A stretch of DNA of 62,007 nucleotides, counting the filler, from Candidatus Nezhaarchaeota archaeon WYZ-LMO8 (GTDB lineage Archaea > Thermoproteota > Methanomethylicia > Nezhaarchaeales > WYZ-LMO8): the NCBI GenBank assembly GCA_004347965.1. It is 4 parts of 4 records of this genome, joined end to end, with 100 filler letters (N's around TTAATTAATTAA, not from the genome) between each part and the next. Parts side by side here need not be neighbours in the genome. Positions count along the whole stretch, not along the records: positions 31,699 to 46,846 come from QNVF01000031.1; positions 46,947 to 62,007 come from QNVF01000032.1; 2 more parts are not named here. The stretch is one strand, 5' to 3'. A model generated the notes under the pieces. The model searched no databases. It had not been told where the DNA came from and saw nothing but the letters and a program-made list of their open reading frames with translations. A program made the position numbers and the translations under genes. Shown here in pieces: positions 39,894-49,152 of this stretch; positions within the stretch are counted from its first letter, which is position 1; each line of letters starts with the position of its first letter.

Positions 39894-41792
39894 GTGCCTG
39901 AGATCTGGAGAGCCTCGGCAAAGATTTACTGGTGCCCAAATTGTAACGTACCCTTAATAGCGCCTAGATGTGGTCTATGTAGTGAAAAAGCTACTAAAGC
40001 TCATGGCTCACCTCCTAAGGATTTTAGGCCTGCCCTGAATTATGACCTTAAAATCTTGAAGGAGACAGTAGAGAGGGAGTTTGGAGCTAAAGCATGCAAT
40101 GTAATAGTTCCAAGTACCATGGTACTGCTCAATAAAGTACCTTATGTCGATCAAGCAAATGAGGTTATAGTTGATGGATGGGTCATGGGGAACTTCTACT
40201 ATAGTCCTGATAAAGGCATCTGGAGGTTTAGGCCATCCTATGAGGGCGCTGCAAGATTGGCATTAGAAAGGGCTGCTCCTTATGTTGAAGTTCTAAAAGA
40301 TAATATTAGATTATGGGACGAACTTACTAGGAGCGAATTTAGAGGAGATTCCATTCCCCCTAGTGGTAAGTACGTTATTTTAGTTAATCCCAAGTTCTTA
40401 ACCATAGGAGTAGCCGTCTCGTTAGATTATGGGAAATTGAAGGTTGTTAAAGTCTGGGAGCCTCATAAACCCCATATAAGGGATAGGAAGAGTGACTGGG
40501 AAGCAGCAATTAAGGCTAATGTGCCCCACATGGAGGTTGAGGAGAAGAGGGCTATGGCTCTCATAACGAAGGCGACTGAAGGGCGCAAAGTCTTCGTTTC
40601 ATACTCTGGTGGGAAGGATAGTCTAGTAGCTCTCTTATTAACGACAAAGGCTTTGGGAGGGGTTCCACTGCTCTTCAACGACACTGGCATAGAGGCCCCC
40701 GCAACTTTAGAACATGTTTGGGATGTAGCTAACAAATTTGGACTTGAACTCATCTACGCTAGTGCAGGAGACATATTCTGGAGGTCATTACCAACTTACG
40801 GACCTCCAGCTCGAGACTATAGATGGTGCTGTAAGGTTTGCAAATTAGTACCTATAGCTAAGGCTGTCAAGGAAAAGTTTCAAGGAGAGGTCTACACAGT
40901 ATTAGGTCAAAGGAAGTATGAGTCTTTTGCCCGTTTAAGAGCTCCTGTAGTGGAGAGAAGTAGGTGGATACCGAATCTATTGAGTGTTAGCCCTATAAGG
41001 GATTGGTCTGCACTTCACGTTTGGCTTTACTTAATGAGAGAGAAGGTCGAGTTTAACCCCTTATACAAAGAAGGTTTTGACAGGATTGGATGTTGGCTTT
41101 GCCCTGCATGTGAGCTAGCTGAGTTTGAAAGAGTTAAGGAGTTATATCCTGGTCTATGGAGTAAATGGGAGGAAGGGGCTCTAAGCTGGTGTAAGGAGAA
41201 GGGGTTACCACAAGAGTGGTTTAAACTTGGACTGTGGCGATGGAGGAAGCTGCCAGGAGATGCAAAGAAGTTTGCTCTTAGAATGAGAGTCGATATCAAC
41301 GAAATTGAGCAAAAGTTAGTAGGTCTCAAGGAAGTTGATGTCTCACTATTTGTTAGGCCTTGTGAGAACTTGTATGAGGCTCAAGGTTCAATAAGAGGTT
41401 CTCTTAACCTGAATAGAATAGCCGTAATGCTTAAATGTATTGGAGGAAGGGTTTCCATAAATGAAAAGCTAGGTTTGGTGATGCTAAGAACTGATGAAGG
41501 GGTCGCATTATTAAATAGAGAAGGCATATTCTCAGTCAGAGCAGAAGATGATCATAGCTTAAGAAGGGTAGTTAAAGCCTTTGTCAAGAGCTTATTGAGG
41601 GCAAAATATTGCAACTTATGCGGTTCCTGTAGAAATTGGTGCCCTACGGGCTCGATAACGATTGTGGATGAAGAAGTGAAAGTATCAGGCTCGTGCCTTG
41701 GATGTAAAAGCTGTATTCACGCTTGCCCCGTCGCGACGTACATGTACAAGCTCCTAGTGAGCATCGTAAGTGAAGACTATGATCAAAGTTAG
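39894..41792 (+). CDS. Second PAPS-reductase-like PP-loop/Zn-ribbon/ferredoxin protein
   Basis: WCPNCNVPL, SYSGGKDS, RWCCKVCK, RIGCWLCP, CNLCGSCRNWCP and CLGCKSCIHACP. Confidence 0.85.
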   Translation: MPEIWRASAKIYWCPNCNVPLIAPRCGLCSEKATKAHGSPPKDFRPALNYDLKILKETVEREFGAKACNVIVPSTMVLLNKVPYVDQANEVIVDGWVMGNFYYSPDKGIWRFRPSYEGAARLALERAAPYVEVLKDNIRLWDELTRSEFRGDSIPPSGKYVILVNPKFLTIGVAVSLDYGKLKVVKVWEPHKPHIRDRKSDWEAAIKANVPHMEVEEKRAMALITKATEGRKVFVSYSGGKDSLVALLLTTKALGGVPLLFNDTGIEAPATLEHVWDVANKFGLELIYASAGDIFWRSLPTYGPPARDYRWCCKVCKLVPIAKAVKEKFQGEVYTVLGQRKYESFARLRAPVVERSRWIPNLLSVSPIRDWSALHVWLYLMREKVEFNPLYKEGFDRIGCWLCPACELAEFERVKELYPGLWSKWEEGALSWCKEKGLPQEWFKLGLWRWRKLPGDAKKFALRMRVDINEIEQKLVGLKEVDVSLFVRPCENLYEAQGSIRGSLNLNRIAVMLKCIGGRVSINEKLGLVMLRTDEGVALLNREGIFSVRAEDDHSLRRVVKAFVKSLLRAKYCNLCGSCRNWCPTGSITIVDEEVKVSGSCLGCKSCIHACPVATYMYKLLVSIVSEDYDQS

Positions 41793-43374
41793 AGCCATGC
41801 GATTAGTTATCGTGGCAATCACCATATTTGTAATTGTAGCTCTTTCTTCAAACATAGTTCACGCGGAAAAGAGCTTTAATTACGTTATCGTAGTCGATGA
41901 CGAGGGAAGGACCAACGTGACCGTCTTCTTTTACGATAATGAAGATGGAAGTTCTTGGCTCTTAGTCCCTAAGGACCAGAGAGAGCTTATAGACGTGACT
42001 GTATATAAGGGCGAGCTACTTAATGTGACGTACAGAAGCCTGATTGAGGGGGGTAGGGAAAGCCCATTTTACGTGATTATGAGGTTCGATTACAAAGCCT
42101 CAGAAGTCATTAACTTATCCATAAGATACTCAATGAAGCATGGTGCCCTCATAATTGAGCCTCATGCAATATTCATCTCCCCTAGGATTACGCACGAAGA
42201 AACTCTAAGTTTGGTTGTAGTGCATTTACCAAGTCGTGTCGAAGTCTTGGAGAATGGTGTTTCAGCTCTTTCAGGTTACATAAGGAACGTTAGTATTACG
42301 AGGAGCAACGATTATCTCATAATAAGTGCAATAATAGGGCCCGATGATAGATTGATAGTAGAGTATACCGTCCCAGAGAGAAGTGAGCTTAGCGATGTAA
42401 CTTTAGGAAGCTTCATCTTTAAGGTCCATCCACGATACCTTGACTTCGCTTTCGAGGTCCTCAAAGCTCTAAACAACACTTACTCAATTTATGAAAATAT
42501 ATTTGAGACCAAACCTAGCAATATTCAGGTAGAATTTTTTGTCCCATCGAAGAGAGACATAGTTTTAGGGCTTATGGGTTACGTGCCTATTGTAGGCAAG
42601 AGTCTTGGGCCCATATACCTGAACATCCTCTACATAAGAAGCGTTAAGGGATTTATGAGCATTGCAGCAATACATGAGCTTACGCATCATTTCCTGTCAA
42701 GTATCAATGTCCCTACATCAAAGTTATGGATTCATGAAGGGGTGGCACAATACATGAGTTTAGTCGTAGGATATCAACTTGGCTATTGCGAAGCTTTTGA
42801 GATGTATGAAGGTACTTTAGAAAGTGGTTTGAAGAAACTAGGCAACTATCTAGGCTTCGTCCAGAAGTGGAGTCCCTATTCTGAGCCTCCAGAGGATATT
42901 GGTCAATATTATGCTGCATCATACTGCATAATCAAGACGCTTTGCGATAGGTACGGTGGCTTAGACTACTTAAAGAGATTGTTTAGTATCTTAAAGCAGT
43001 TAAGTCCTATCGATTGGTATGATGACGTGAAGATTATCGAAGCATTTGGTGTAGCTGCTGGTAATGTGAGCGAAGTAGTTGATCTCTTTCACAAGTGGGG
43101 GTTCGAAGTTAAAGAGCCTTCACTCATCATTCCAAGCATCTCTCAAATTAAAGAAAGTATTTCAAACATGCCCATATGGCTCGAGCCCTACAAAAACATA
43201 GCTAGGATGATGATTAACATGGCTGAGCTACTTCAACAACACAGCTTACTTCATGTGGCAATAATGGTAGCCAGAGTTTCTCAGCTAATTCACGAGCTAA
43301 GTTTCTCCTTCATGTTCATTAGTAGCATCATCATCGCGATCGTCATTATTGCATTGCTGAAACGAATAACCTAG
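41770..43374 (+). CDS. Membrane-anchored extracellular zinc metallopeptidase (gluzincin/MA clan)
   Basis: Signal peptide, HELTH plus downstream WIHEG, C-terminal TM. Confidence 0.8.
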   Translation: MKTMIKVRAMRLVIVAITIFVIVALSSNIVHAEKSFNYVIVVDDEGRTNVTVFFYDNEDGSSWLLVPKDQRELIDVTVYKGELLNVTYRSLIEGGRESPFYVIMRFDYKASEVINLSIRYSMKHGALIIEPHAIFISPRITHEETLSLVVVHLPSRVEVLENGVSALSGYIRNVSITRSNDYLIISAIIGPDDRLIVEYTVPERSELSDVTLGSFIFKVHPRYLDFAFEVLKALNNTYSIYENIFETKPSNIQVEFFVPSKRDIVLGLMGYVPIVGKSLGPIYLNILYIRSVKGFMSIAAIHELTHHFLSSINVPTSKLWIHEGVAQYMSLVVGYQLGYCEAFEMYEGTLESGLKKLGNYLGFVQKWSPYSEPPEDIGQYYAASYCIIKTLCDRYGGLDYLKRLFSILKQLSPIDWYDDVKIIEAFGVAAGNVSEVVDLFHKWGFEVKEPSLIIPSISQIKESISNMPIWLEPYKNIARMMINMAELLQQHSLLHVAIMVARVSQLIHELSFSFMFISSIIIAIVIIALLKRIT

Positions 43375-43668
43375 CTTCTTTTCAATGCTCCTGATTTTAT
43401 CAACCATGCTTCTCTCAACGTCTCTCCTATCATCTATGAGGACTAGCGTGAGCAATCTCTTAACCCCAATTTTATGTAGAGCTTCATGGCATTCCTCAAT
43501 AGACTTGAATATCTTTTCTAAGTTTTCCGCCTCGAGTACCGTACCCATTGGTGTGATCATAACGTTTAGCCCAGATTTTTTTAGAGTCTCTACAGCCTCA
43601 ACAATGAAGTTGCTAATGCTAGTAGACCCTGTCCCTACGGGAATTATTGATATATGCGCTATTATCAC
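43297..43668 (-). CDS. MTH1187/YkoF thiamine-binding family protein
   Basis: SIIPVGTGSTSIS, TPMGTVLE, IDDRRD. Confidence 0.9.
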   Translation of the reverse strand: MIIAHISIIPVGTGSTSISNFIVEAVETLKKSGLNVMITPMGTVLEAENLEKIFKSIEECHEALHKIGVKRLLTLVLIDDRRDVERSMVDKIRSIEKKLGYSFQQCNNDDRDDDATNEHEGET

Positions 43669-43775
43669 CTTCGATCACTCACAACTAATATATTGTGGAG
43701 AGCTAAGAAAAAATTGTTATGAATTCGAGGGTGCGGCAGCGGTTCCCAAATAGATAGATTTTTATAGTTTCTCGA

Positions 43776-43915
43776 CGTCCTTCGATGCGGAGAGGAAGAG
43801 AAGGGCGCCGAATGGGCGTGAGCCCGGTATGTGGCGAATCGAATAGCTCAGGATGAGGGGAGCTTCCGTCGCCCCAGAAAGCCCCCTATGAGGTTGAGGG
43901 GGAAGGGATGAAGAT
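43776..43915 (+). ncRNA. Candidate structured RNA / 5' leader upstream of moeA
   Basis: GC-rich intergenic block with several stems and a K-loop-like hairpin; TTTTTATA at 43759-43766. Confidence 0.5.
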
Positions 43916-43917
43916 CT

Positions 43918-45156
43918 ATGAGTCCCACGACGGTCCTTAAGTACATAAAGCTTGAAGAGGCTTTAAAGAAGATCGACCTACATATTACGTCATCATTACC
44001 CACGGAAGATGTCAGAGTTTCTGATGCTTACAACAGAATTCTAGCTGAGGATGTAATCTCGAAGATCGACCTACCTCCTTACGATATCGCTCACTTCGAT
44101 GGTTACGCTCTAAGAAGTAGCGATGTTCTTCACGCTTCACCTAAGAATCCAATCAAGCTGAAAATTAAATCTAAGGTCTTCCCTTCAACAAGTGAAGTGG
44201 CTTATGTGGGGGAAGGAGAAGCTGTCTATGTAGCAACAGGATCCTTTATGCCACTAGGTGCTGATGGAGTTCTACCAGTAGAAGCTGCAATAGTTAAGGG
44301 CAATTATGTTGAGGTAAAGCATGCGATTAAGCCTGGAGATCACGTAATCAAAGCTGGTAGTGACGTTAAGAGAGGGGACTTAGTTTTAAGGAGGGGACAT
44401 AGACTTAGAGGGCAGGATCTAGCTATACTTACACTCATGGGCTTAACGAAGGTGAGGGTCGCTTCAAGACCCAGAGTTTGCACGATATCAGTAGGCGATG
44501 AGTTAATAGATCATTGTGAGGAGCCAAAGCCTGGAAGAGTGCCATGCAGCCATGCCCTAATGATTAGTAGCTTTGTTTTGAGAGATGGTGGGCTGCCCAT
44601 ACACTTTAAGGTTGTTCCTGATGATGTCTCAGCAATAATTGAGACTGTTACTAAAGCGGTTAACTGCTGTGACTTAGTGATAACTATAGGCGGTGCGTCA
44701 AAGGGTGAAAGAGATTTAGTGCATGAAGCTATGTCCAGAATTGAGGGGGCAAGCATATTATTTCATGGAGTAATGGCGAGGCCAGGAAGGCAAACAGGAC
44801 TCGCAATTATTGAAAAGAGGCCCTTAGTTATGCTACCAGGATTACCGCATTCAACCATAGTAGGATATCAATTGATAGCCAGGAGGGTTATGTTTAAGCT
44901 CATGGGCTTAGAGGTAATGGACCATCCTATAAAAGCGAGAATGGCTTGCGATCTAGAACTTCCACCGCCTAAAGGGTTTAAGAGGATTATCTTCATTAAA
45001 CTTGAGGAACGTGAGGATTACCACCTAGCCTGGCCTCTAATCGGAGAATCAGCTCTTTTAAGTATAGCGGTTAAAGCAGATGGATACGCGATCTTTAATG
45101 AGGGATTGGATCACATTAAGGAAGGTAGCATCATTAACGTATATCCGTTATATTAA
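43918..45156 (+). CDS. moeA: Molybdopterin molybdenumtransferase
   Basis: RILAEDV, DGYAL, ATGSFMP.GAD, GGAS.G..D, RPGR, LPGLP. Confidence 0.92.
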   Translation: MSPTTVLKYIKLEEALKKIDLHITSSLPTEDVRVSDAYNRILAEDVISKIDLPPYDIAHFDGYALRSSDVLHASPKNPIKLKIKSKVFPSTSEVAYVGEGEAVYVATGSFMPLGADGVLPVEAAIVKGNYVEVKHAIKPGDHVIKAGSDVKRGDLVLRRGHRLRGQDLAILTLMGLTKVRVASRPRVCTISVGDELIDHCEEPKPGRVPCSHALMISSFVLRDGGLPIHFKVVPDDVSAIIETVTKAVNCCDLVITIGGASKGERDLVHEAMSRIEGASILFHGVMARPGRQTGLAIIEKRPLVMLPGLPHSTIVGYQLIARRVMFKLMGLEVMDHPIKARMACDLELPPPKGFKRIIFIKLEEREDYHLAWPLIGESALLSIAVKADGYAIFNEGLDHIKEGSIINVYPLY

Positions 45157-45205
45157 AGTGAAAGCTTTAAGTGATTGTAAGCTTGTAACTTGAAGGGGTT
45201 AAGCA

Positions 45206-45952
45206 TTGAAAATAGCTATCTCAGGGAAAGGGGGATGTGGCAAAAGCACAATAACAGTGCTGCTTTCCAGAGCGTTTTCACGTATGGGCTTCAAGGTCAC
45301 GGTGCTTGATGCTGACGAATCCAATATCGGCTTGGTGAGAATGCTGGGTTTAGAATGCATAGAGTCAATAGCAGAAGCCTACGGTGGTCGAAAGGGCCTG
45401 AAGAAGGTCCTTGATGAAGGATTAGAGGGTTCGCTAAGAATTGATATTGTAGGAGCCAGCAAGGATAATATAAAGGTCGTGAGAATTGGGAAGATCGAAA
45501 AAGGTGGTGAAGGATGTGCTTGTCTCTTTGGAGTTTTAGCGAAAGAAGTGCTAAGTTCCATTAAGTGCTCTGAGAACGAAGTGGTTTTGGTCGATATGGA
45601 CGCTGGAATAGAACATTTTGGCAGAGGAATCGATCGAGCAGTTGATGCTATTCTTTTCATTGTTGATCCAACCTTCGACTCCATAATGCTTGCAGAGAAG
45701 GCTAGTAGAATGGCTAGGGATTTAGGGGTAACAAGGTTTATGGTAGTATTAAATAAAGTTAATGAAGAAACTTCGAGCATAATTAAGGATAAGCTATCAA
45801 GAACAGGAGTTAGAATCATTGGAAGCTTACGTTATGATCCTGAAGTTATGATGGAAACGTTATTAGGCTTACCGGTTATAGGCTCCACGGCGATGAATGA
45901 TGCCATCGAATTAGCTAACACGATTATAAAGGAGCTTAAGGGAAGTGCTTGA
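45206..45952 (+). CDS. CooC-family nickel-insertion ATPase
   Basis: SGKGGCGKS, GCAC, DMDAGIEHFGRG. Confidence 0.88.
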   Translation: MKIAISGKGGCGKSTITVLLSRAFSRMGFKVTVLDADESNIGLVRMLGLECIESIAEAYGGRKGLKKVLDEGLEGSLRIDIVGASKDNIKVVRIGKIEKGGEGCACLFGVLAKEVLSSIKCSENEVVLVDMDAGIEHFGRGIDRAVDAILFIVDPTFDSIMLAEKASRMARDLGVTRFMVVLNKVNEETSSIIKDKLSRTGVRIIGSLRYDPEVMMETLLGLPVIGSTAMNDAIELANTIIKELKGSA

Positions 45953-46013
45953 TACCCCCTAGTAAAGTAGGGTAAAGGCCTCCTTTCTACAGCAAGATCT
46001 AGTTAAAGAGTGG

Positions 46014-46040
46014 TTAACTTTTTAAAGTTAAAAAAGTTAA
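46014..46040. promoter_or_regulatory. Inverted repeat over TATA box of TrmB gene (candidate operator)
   Basis: TTAACTTTTT-N7-AAAAAGTTAA overlapping TTTTTAAA, ending 9 nt before ATG 46050. Confidence 0.5.
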
Positions 46041-46049
46041 GCTATTGAT

Positions 46050-46846
46050 ATGAAGAAGGAAGAAGATCTACTGTTTTTGCTTAAAAGCTTGGGGTTAACG
46101 GAGTATGAAAGTAGATCGTATGTTGCTTTAATAGATCTCAAGAAAGCTAGGGCAAAGGATGTAAGTAATGTAGCCTCCATAGCCTATCCTAAGGTTTATA
46201 GTGTTTTAGCTAGTTTAAAGAAGAAGGGGCTTGTAGAGGAAGAGCTAGGTAGACCGAGAATCTTTAAACCTGTTGACCCTGCAAAGGCAATTAAGGGCTA
46301 CATAGAGGAAAGGATTTCGACATTAAAGAATCAAGCGGAGCAAGTCATTAAGACTTTAGCTGTTAGGTATAAGGCTTCAAGTGATGGTGAAGGTAAAGCC
46401 ATTGTAATACAAGGTAAGAGGAACGTCTTAAGTAAGATGAGAGAGATTATACTTAAAGCTCAAAGAGAGATATTCGTGTCAATACCAAGCTTTGAGCTCT
46501 TAGGTGTTAGGGCCTTACTACTAGATTTAAACGCTGCCAAGAGAAGGGGTGTTGATGTTAGAATACTAACGTCGCCTTCAACATTAAGTAAAGATGTTGA
46601 AATCGTCTTAGATTTAATTGACGTAAGGATTAAAGATGGGCTTGAGAGTTGCTACGTCATAACTGATGTTGGGTCCCTGCTTATATCTGGTAAATCTGAC
46701 GAGCTTAGAGCGATATTCATAACGGACGAGCTTAGCGTGAAACCGACACGTGAACACTTCAACTACGTATGGTTTGAATCTATGCCAGCTTCATCATACT
46801 TAGGGCGCAGAGATTCTAAAAGAGGGGTCATAATCTTGGCAGGTGG
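46050..46846 (+). CDS. TrmB-family regulator continuing into a nucleotidyltransferase domain, truncated at gap
   Basis: LGLTEYESRSY, KVYSVL..L..KGLV, then GVIILAGG at contig end. Confidence 0.8.
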
Positions 46847-46946
46847 NNNNNNNNNNNNNNNNNNNNNNNNNNNNNNNNNNNNNNNNNNNNTTAATTAATT
46901 AANNNNNNNNNNNNNNNNNNNNNNNNNNNNNNNNNNNNNNNNNNNN
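46847..46946. other. Artificial assembly spacer
   Basis: N44-TTAATTAATTAA-N44. Confidence 0.98.
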
Positions 46947-47493
46947 CTTCTCTCAAGCATATTTTCTTCAAGTGCTTTATTATGGAATAAACCTTTAATC
47001 GCTTGAATTCTATCATGATTGCGACTTCCCGAAGGGCTCTCAACTTTGGGTCCCAAGGATCGTTGGCCGCCATGACTATTGGCACTCTAGACTCCTTAAT
47101 CAGCTCCACTATTGTTTTAACAGCTCCTGTCTCCTCAGCTCCATAAAGACCGTCGATTTCGTCTAGAAACACTAACTTGCCCTTGGAGCTATAGAGACTG
47201 ACTGACTTAGATGATTGGCCGACCAGCCTCCTTAGCATGCTTTCAGTTCGTGCATCACTTGCATTAAGTTGAAAGAGTTCGTACCCTAACTCCTTAGCTG
47301 CAACCTCTACAAGGAGGGTTTTGCCAACACCGGGAGGTCCATATAGAAGAGCAGCTTTTTCACCAGGTCTCCAACCCTTTAACCAAGAAATAAACTTGTC
47401 CACGTAGTCGGCATCGCCTACTATCTCCTTTATCTCGGCTATCGAGCGTGGTTTATGCTTCTCAGCCCAAGGAACGTAAGAGGAGAGGGACAT
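46947..47493 (-). CDS. rfcL: Replication factor C large subunit, 3'-truncated at gap
   Basis: PWAEKHKP, GPPGVGKT, LNASDAR, DEIDG, ANDPW. Confidence 0.93.
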
Positions 47494-47495
47494 AA

Positions 47496-48476
47496 CTAAC
47501 CAGCCATCTTCTTGCCCAGTTTAGCTAATTGAGCGAGAAAAGCTGTGATTTGTATATCCTCGTTAGCGCCCTCAACAAGTCTGTAATCCGTCTCAGCTAC
47601 AAGATCCTCAATCTCCATCTTCATTGGTTCGGGTATGTCGAGCCTAAAGACCTCGGTGTGAACCTGCCTTATTATGTCTGACCCTGTTAGACCGTAGTTT
47701 ATCATTAAGTCATAGACTCTCTGTCTCGCTGCTATGACATCACCCTTAAGCGCCAGCTTAAGCATTTCATGGACTTCTGTTGGTCTAGCCTTGCCAGCTA
47801 CTTTGTAAACAGCTATGTCATCGACTGGTCCTCCATAAGCTGCTGCTGCTTGAAGAAGATTTATAGCCCTCCTCATGTCGCCTCCAGCTACATACCATAT
47901 GGCGTCTATCCCCTCTTGAGTTAAGGTAATTCTTTCTTGAGCTGCAATGAACTTAAGTCTCCCCGCTATGTCCTCCTTCGACAACATCGAAAACCTAAAT
48001 ATTGCACAACGTGATTGTATCGGCTCTATTATTCTAGAACCATAGTTTGCTACCAGGATGAATCTCGTGGTCCTCCAAAACATCTCCATTATGCGCCTAA
48101 GGCTCCATTGAGCTTCTGAGGTCATGGCATCACATTCATCTAATATAATTACCTTGAATGGAACGCCCCCTAAAGCAACTGTTCTTGCATAATCTTTAAC
48201 TCTCTCTCTTATTGTTTGGATGCCTCTCTCGTCTGAGGCATTGAGCTCTAAAACGTTTTGCCGCCAGTTATCCCCATATAGCTCATATACTAAGCAAAGA
48301 GCTGCAGTTGTTTTGCCAGTTCCAGGTGGACCTACAAATAGTAGGTGAGGAATGTTCTTTTCTTCAACAAACTTCTTCAACCTTTCAATTATCTCCTTCT
48401 GATTTACGATATCGTCGAGAACCTTTGGTCTATATTTCTCAACCCAAAGAGGAGGTACTTCCTCTTTGAAAGCCAT
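47496..48476 (-). CDS. rfcS: Replication factor C small subunit
   Basis: WVEKYRP, GPPGTGKT, ELNASDERG, IQSRC. Confidence 0.97.
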   Translation of the reverse strand: MAFKEEVPPLWVEKYRPKVLDDIVNQKEIIERLKKFVEEKNIPHLLFVGPPGTGKTTAALCLVYELYGDNWRQNVLELNASDERGIQTIRERVKDYARTVALGGVPFKVIILDECDAMTSEAQWSLRRIMEMFWRTTRFILVANYGSRIIEPIQSRCAIFRFSMLSKEDIAGRLKFIAAQERITLTQEGIDAIWYVAGGDMRRAINLLQAAAAYGGPVDDIAVYKVAGKARPTEVHEMLKLALKGDVIAARQRVYDLMINYGLTGSDIIRQVHTEVFRLDIPEPMKMEIEDLVAETDYRLVEGANEDIQITAFLAQLAKLGKKMAG

Positions 48477-48606
48477 ATTACTCTCAGAATTTACTACGCC
48501 ACCACACTCTTATAGGGTTTAGCTAACGCAAAGAGGGGTTAAAGACTTCGTTTCTTGAAGAGAGCCTTTTTAGCAGTGGAAAATATAATTAGGAAGTGAG
48601 GAGTTA

Positions 48607-49152
48607 ATGACTGCATTTTTATGTGGCGAACTGTTCTACGACGTAGAGAAGGTGAGAGTGAAGGTAATTAAAAAAGTTCCTGAAATAAAAGTTGGAGATG
48701 AAGTTTTAGGTCCTTTAGATCAAAATCAGGAGGTAGAGGTAGAGAGGTGGATAGCTAGAGTTTTAAAAGAGGAAGGTTACGTTGATATAATCGATGAAAG
48801 AAGTGTTGATCTCTCCCTTATTTCGAAGATAGCATGGAAGGAGGTTAGAACAGATCAATTAGTTCCGCTTGAGCCCACATTTTATGTTAAAGCAAGAAAG
48901 TACCTTAAAATCTTAAATGAAAAAGCTAAGGTTAACCCTGAAGCTCTAAACGAGAAGAGAGCAGTTGAAGTAAAACTGACTGACGTAGTTAACTGTAGAG
49001 TTCAGAAGATCGTAAGCTTAGCATTGACGGGAACCCAGCCGCCAAGAGAGGTCCTTGATCGTCTTACACCGGAAGAAAAAGTCCTGTTCAATGAGGTGAG
49101 GCGTCTAATATCGAGGTGGCGTCAAGCAATTAGAGGTGAAGAAAATGGTTGA
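48607..49152 (+). CDS. GINS subunit (Gins23 type)
   Basis: Beta-rich domain (GP....EVEVERW.A..L) then helical domain (FY, R..KI, LTPEE); directly upstream of mcm. Confidence 0.82.
   Translation: MTAFLCGELFYDVEKVRVKVIKKVPEIKVGDEVLGPLDQNQEVEVERWIARVLKEEGYVDIIDERSVDLSLISKIAWKEVRTDQLVPLEPTFYVKARKYLKILNEKAKVNPEALNEKRAVEVKLTDVVNCRVQKIVSLALTGTQPPREVLDRLTPEEKVLFNEVRRLISRWRQAIRGEENG

Noticed and set aside
43787..43870. Glycine-riboswitch-like words (GGAGAG, CGCCGAA, CTCAGG); also considered TPP riboswitch and RNase P RNA
   Set aside because: No P2 helix or good P1 for a glycine aptamer; TPP core ACCUGAU absent on the minus strand; too short and no proper P4 for RNase P. Kept only as an unclassified structured RNA
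48477..48606. Possible replication origin between rfcS and gins (CAGTGGAAA)
   Set aside because: Single partial ORB-like word, no repeats, no orc1/cdc6 nearby
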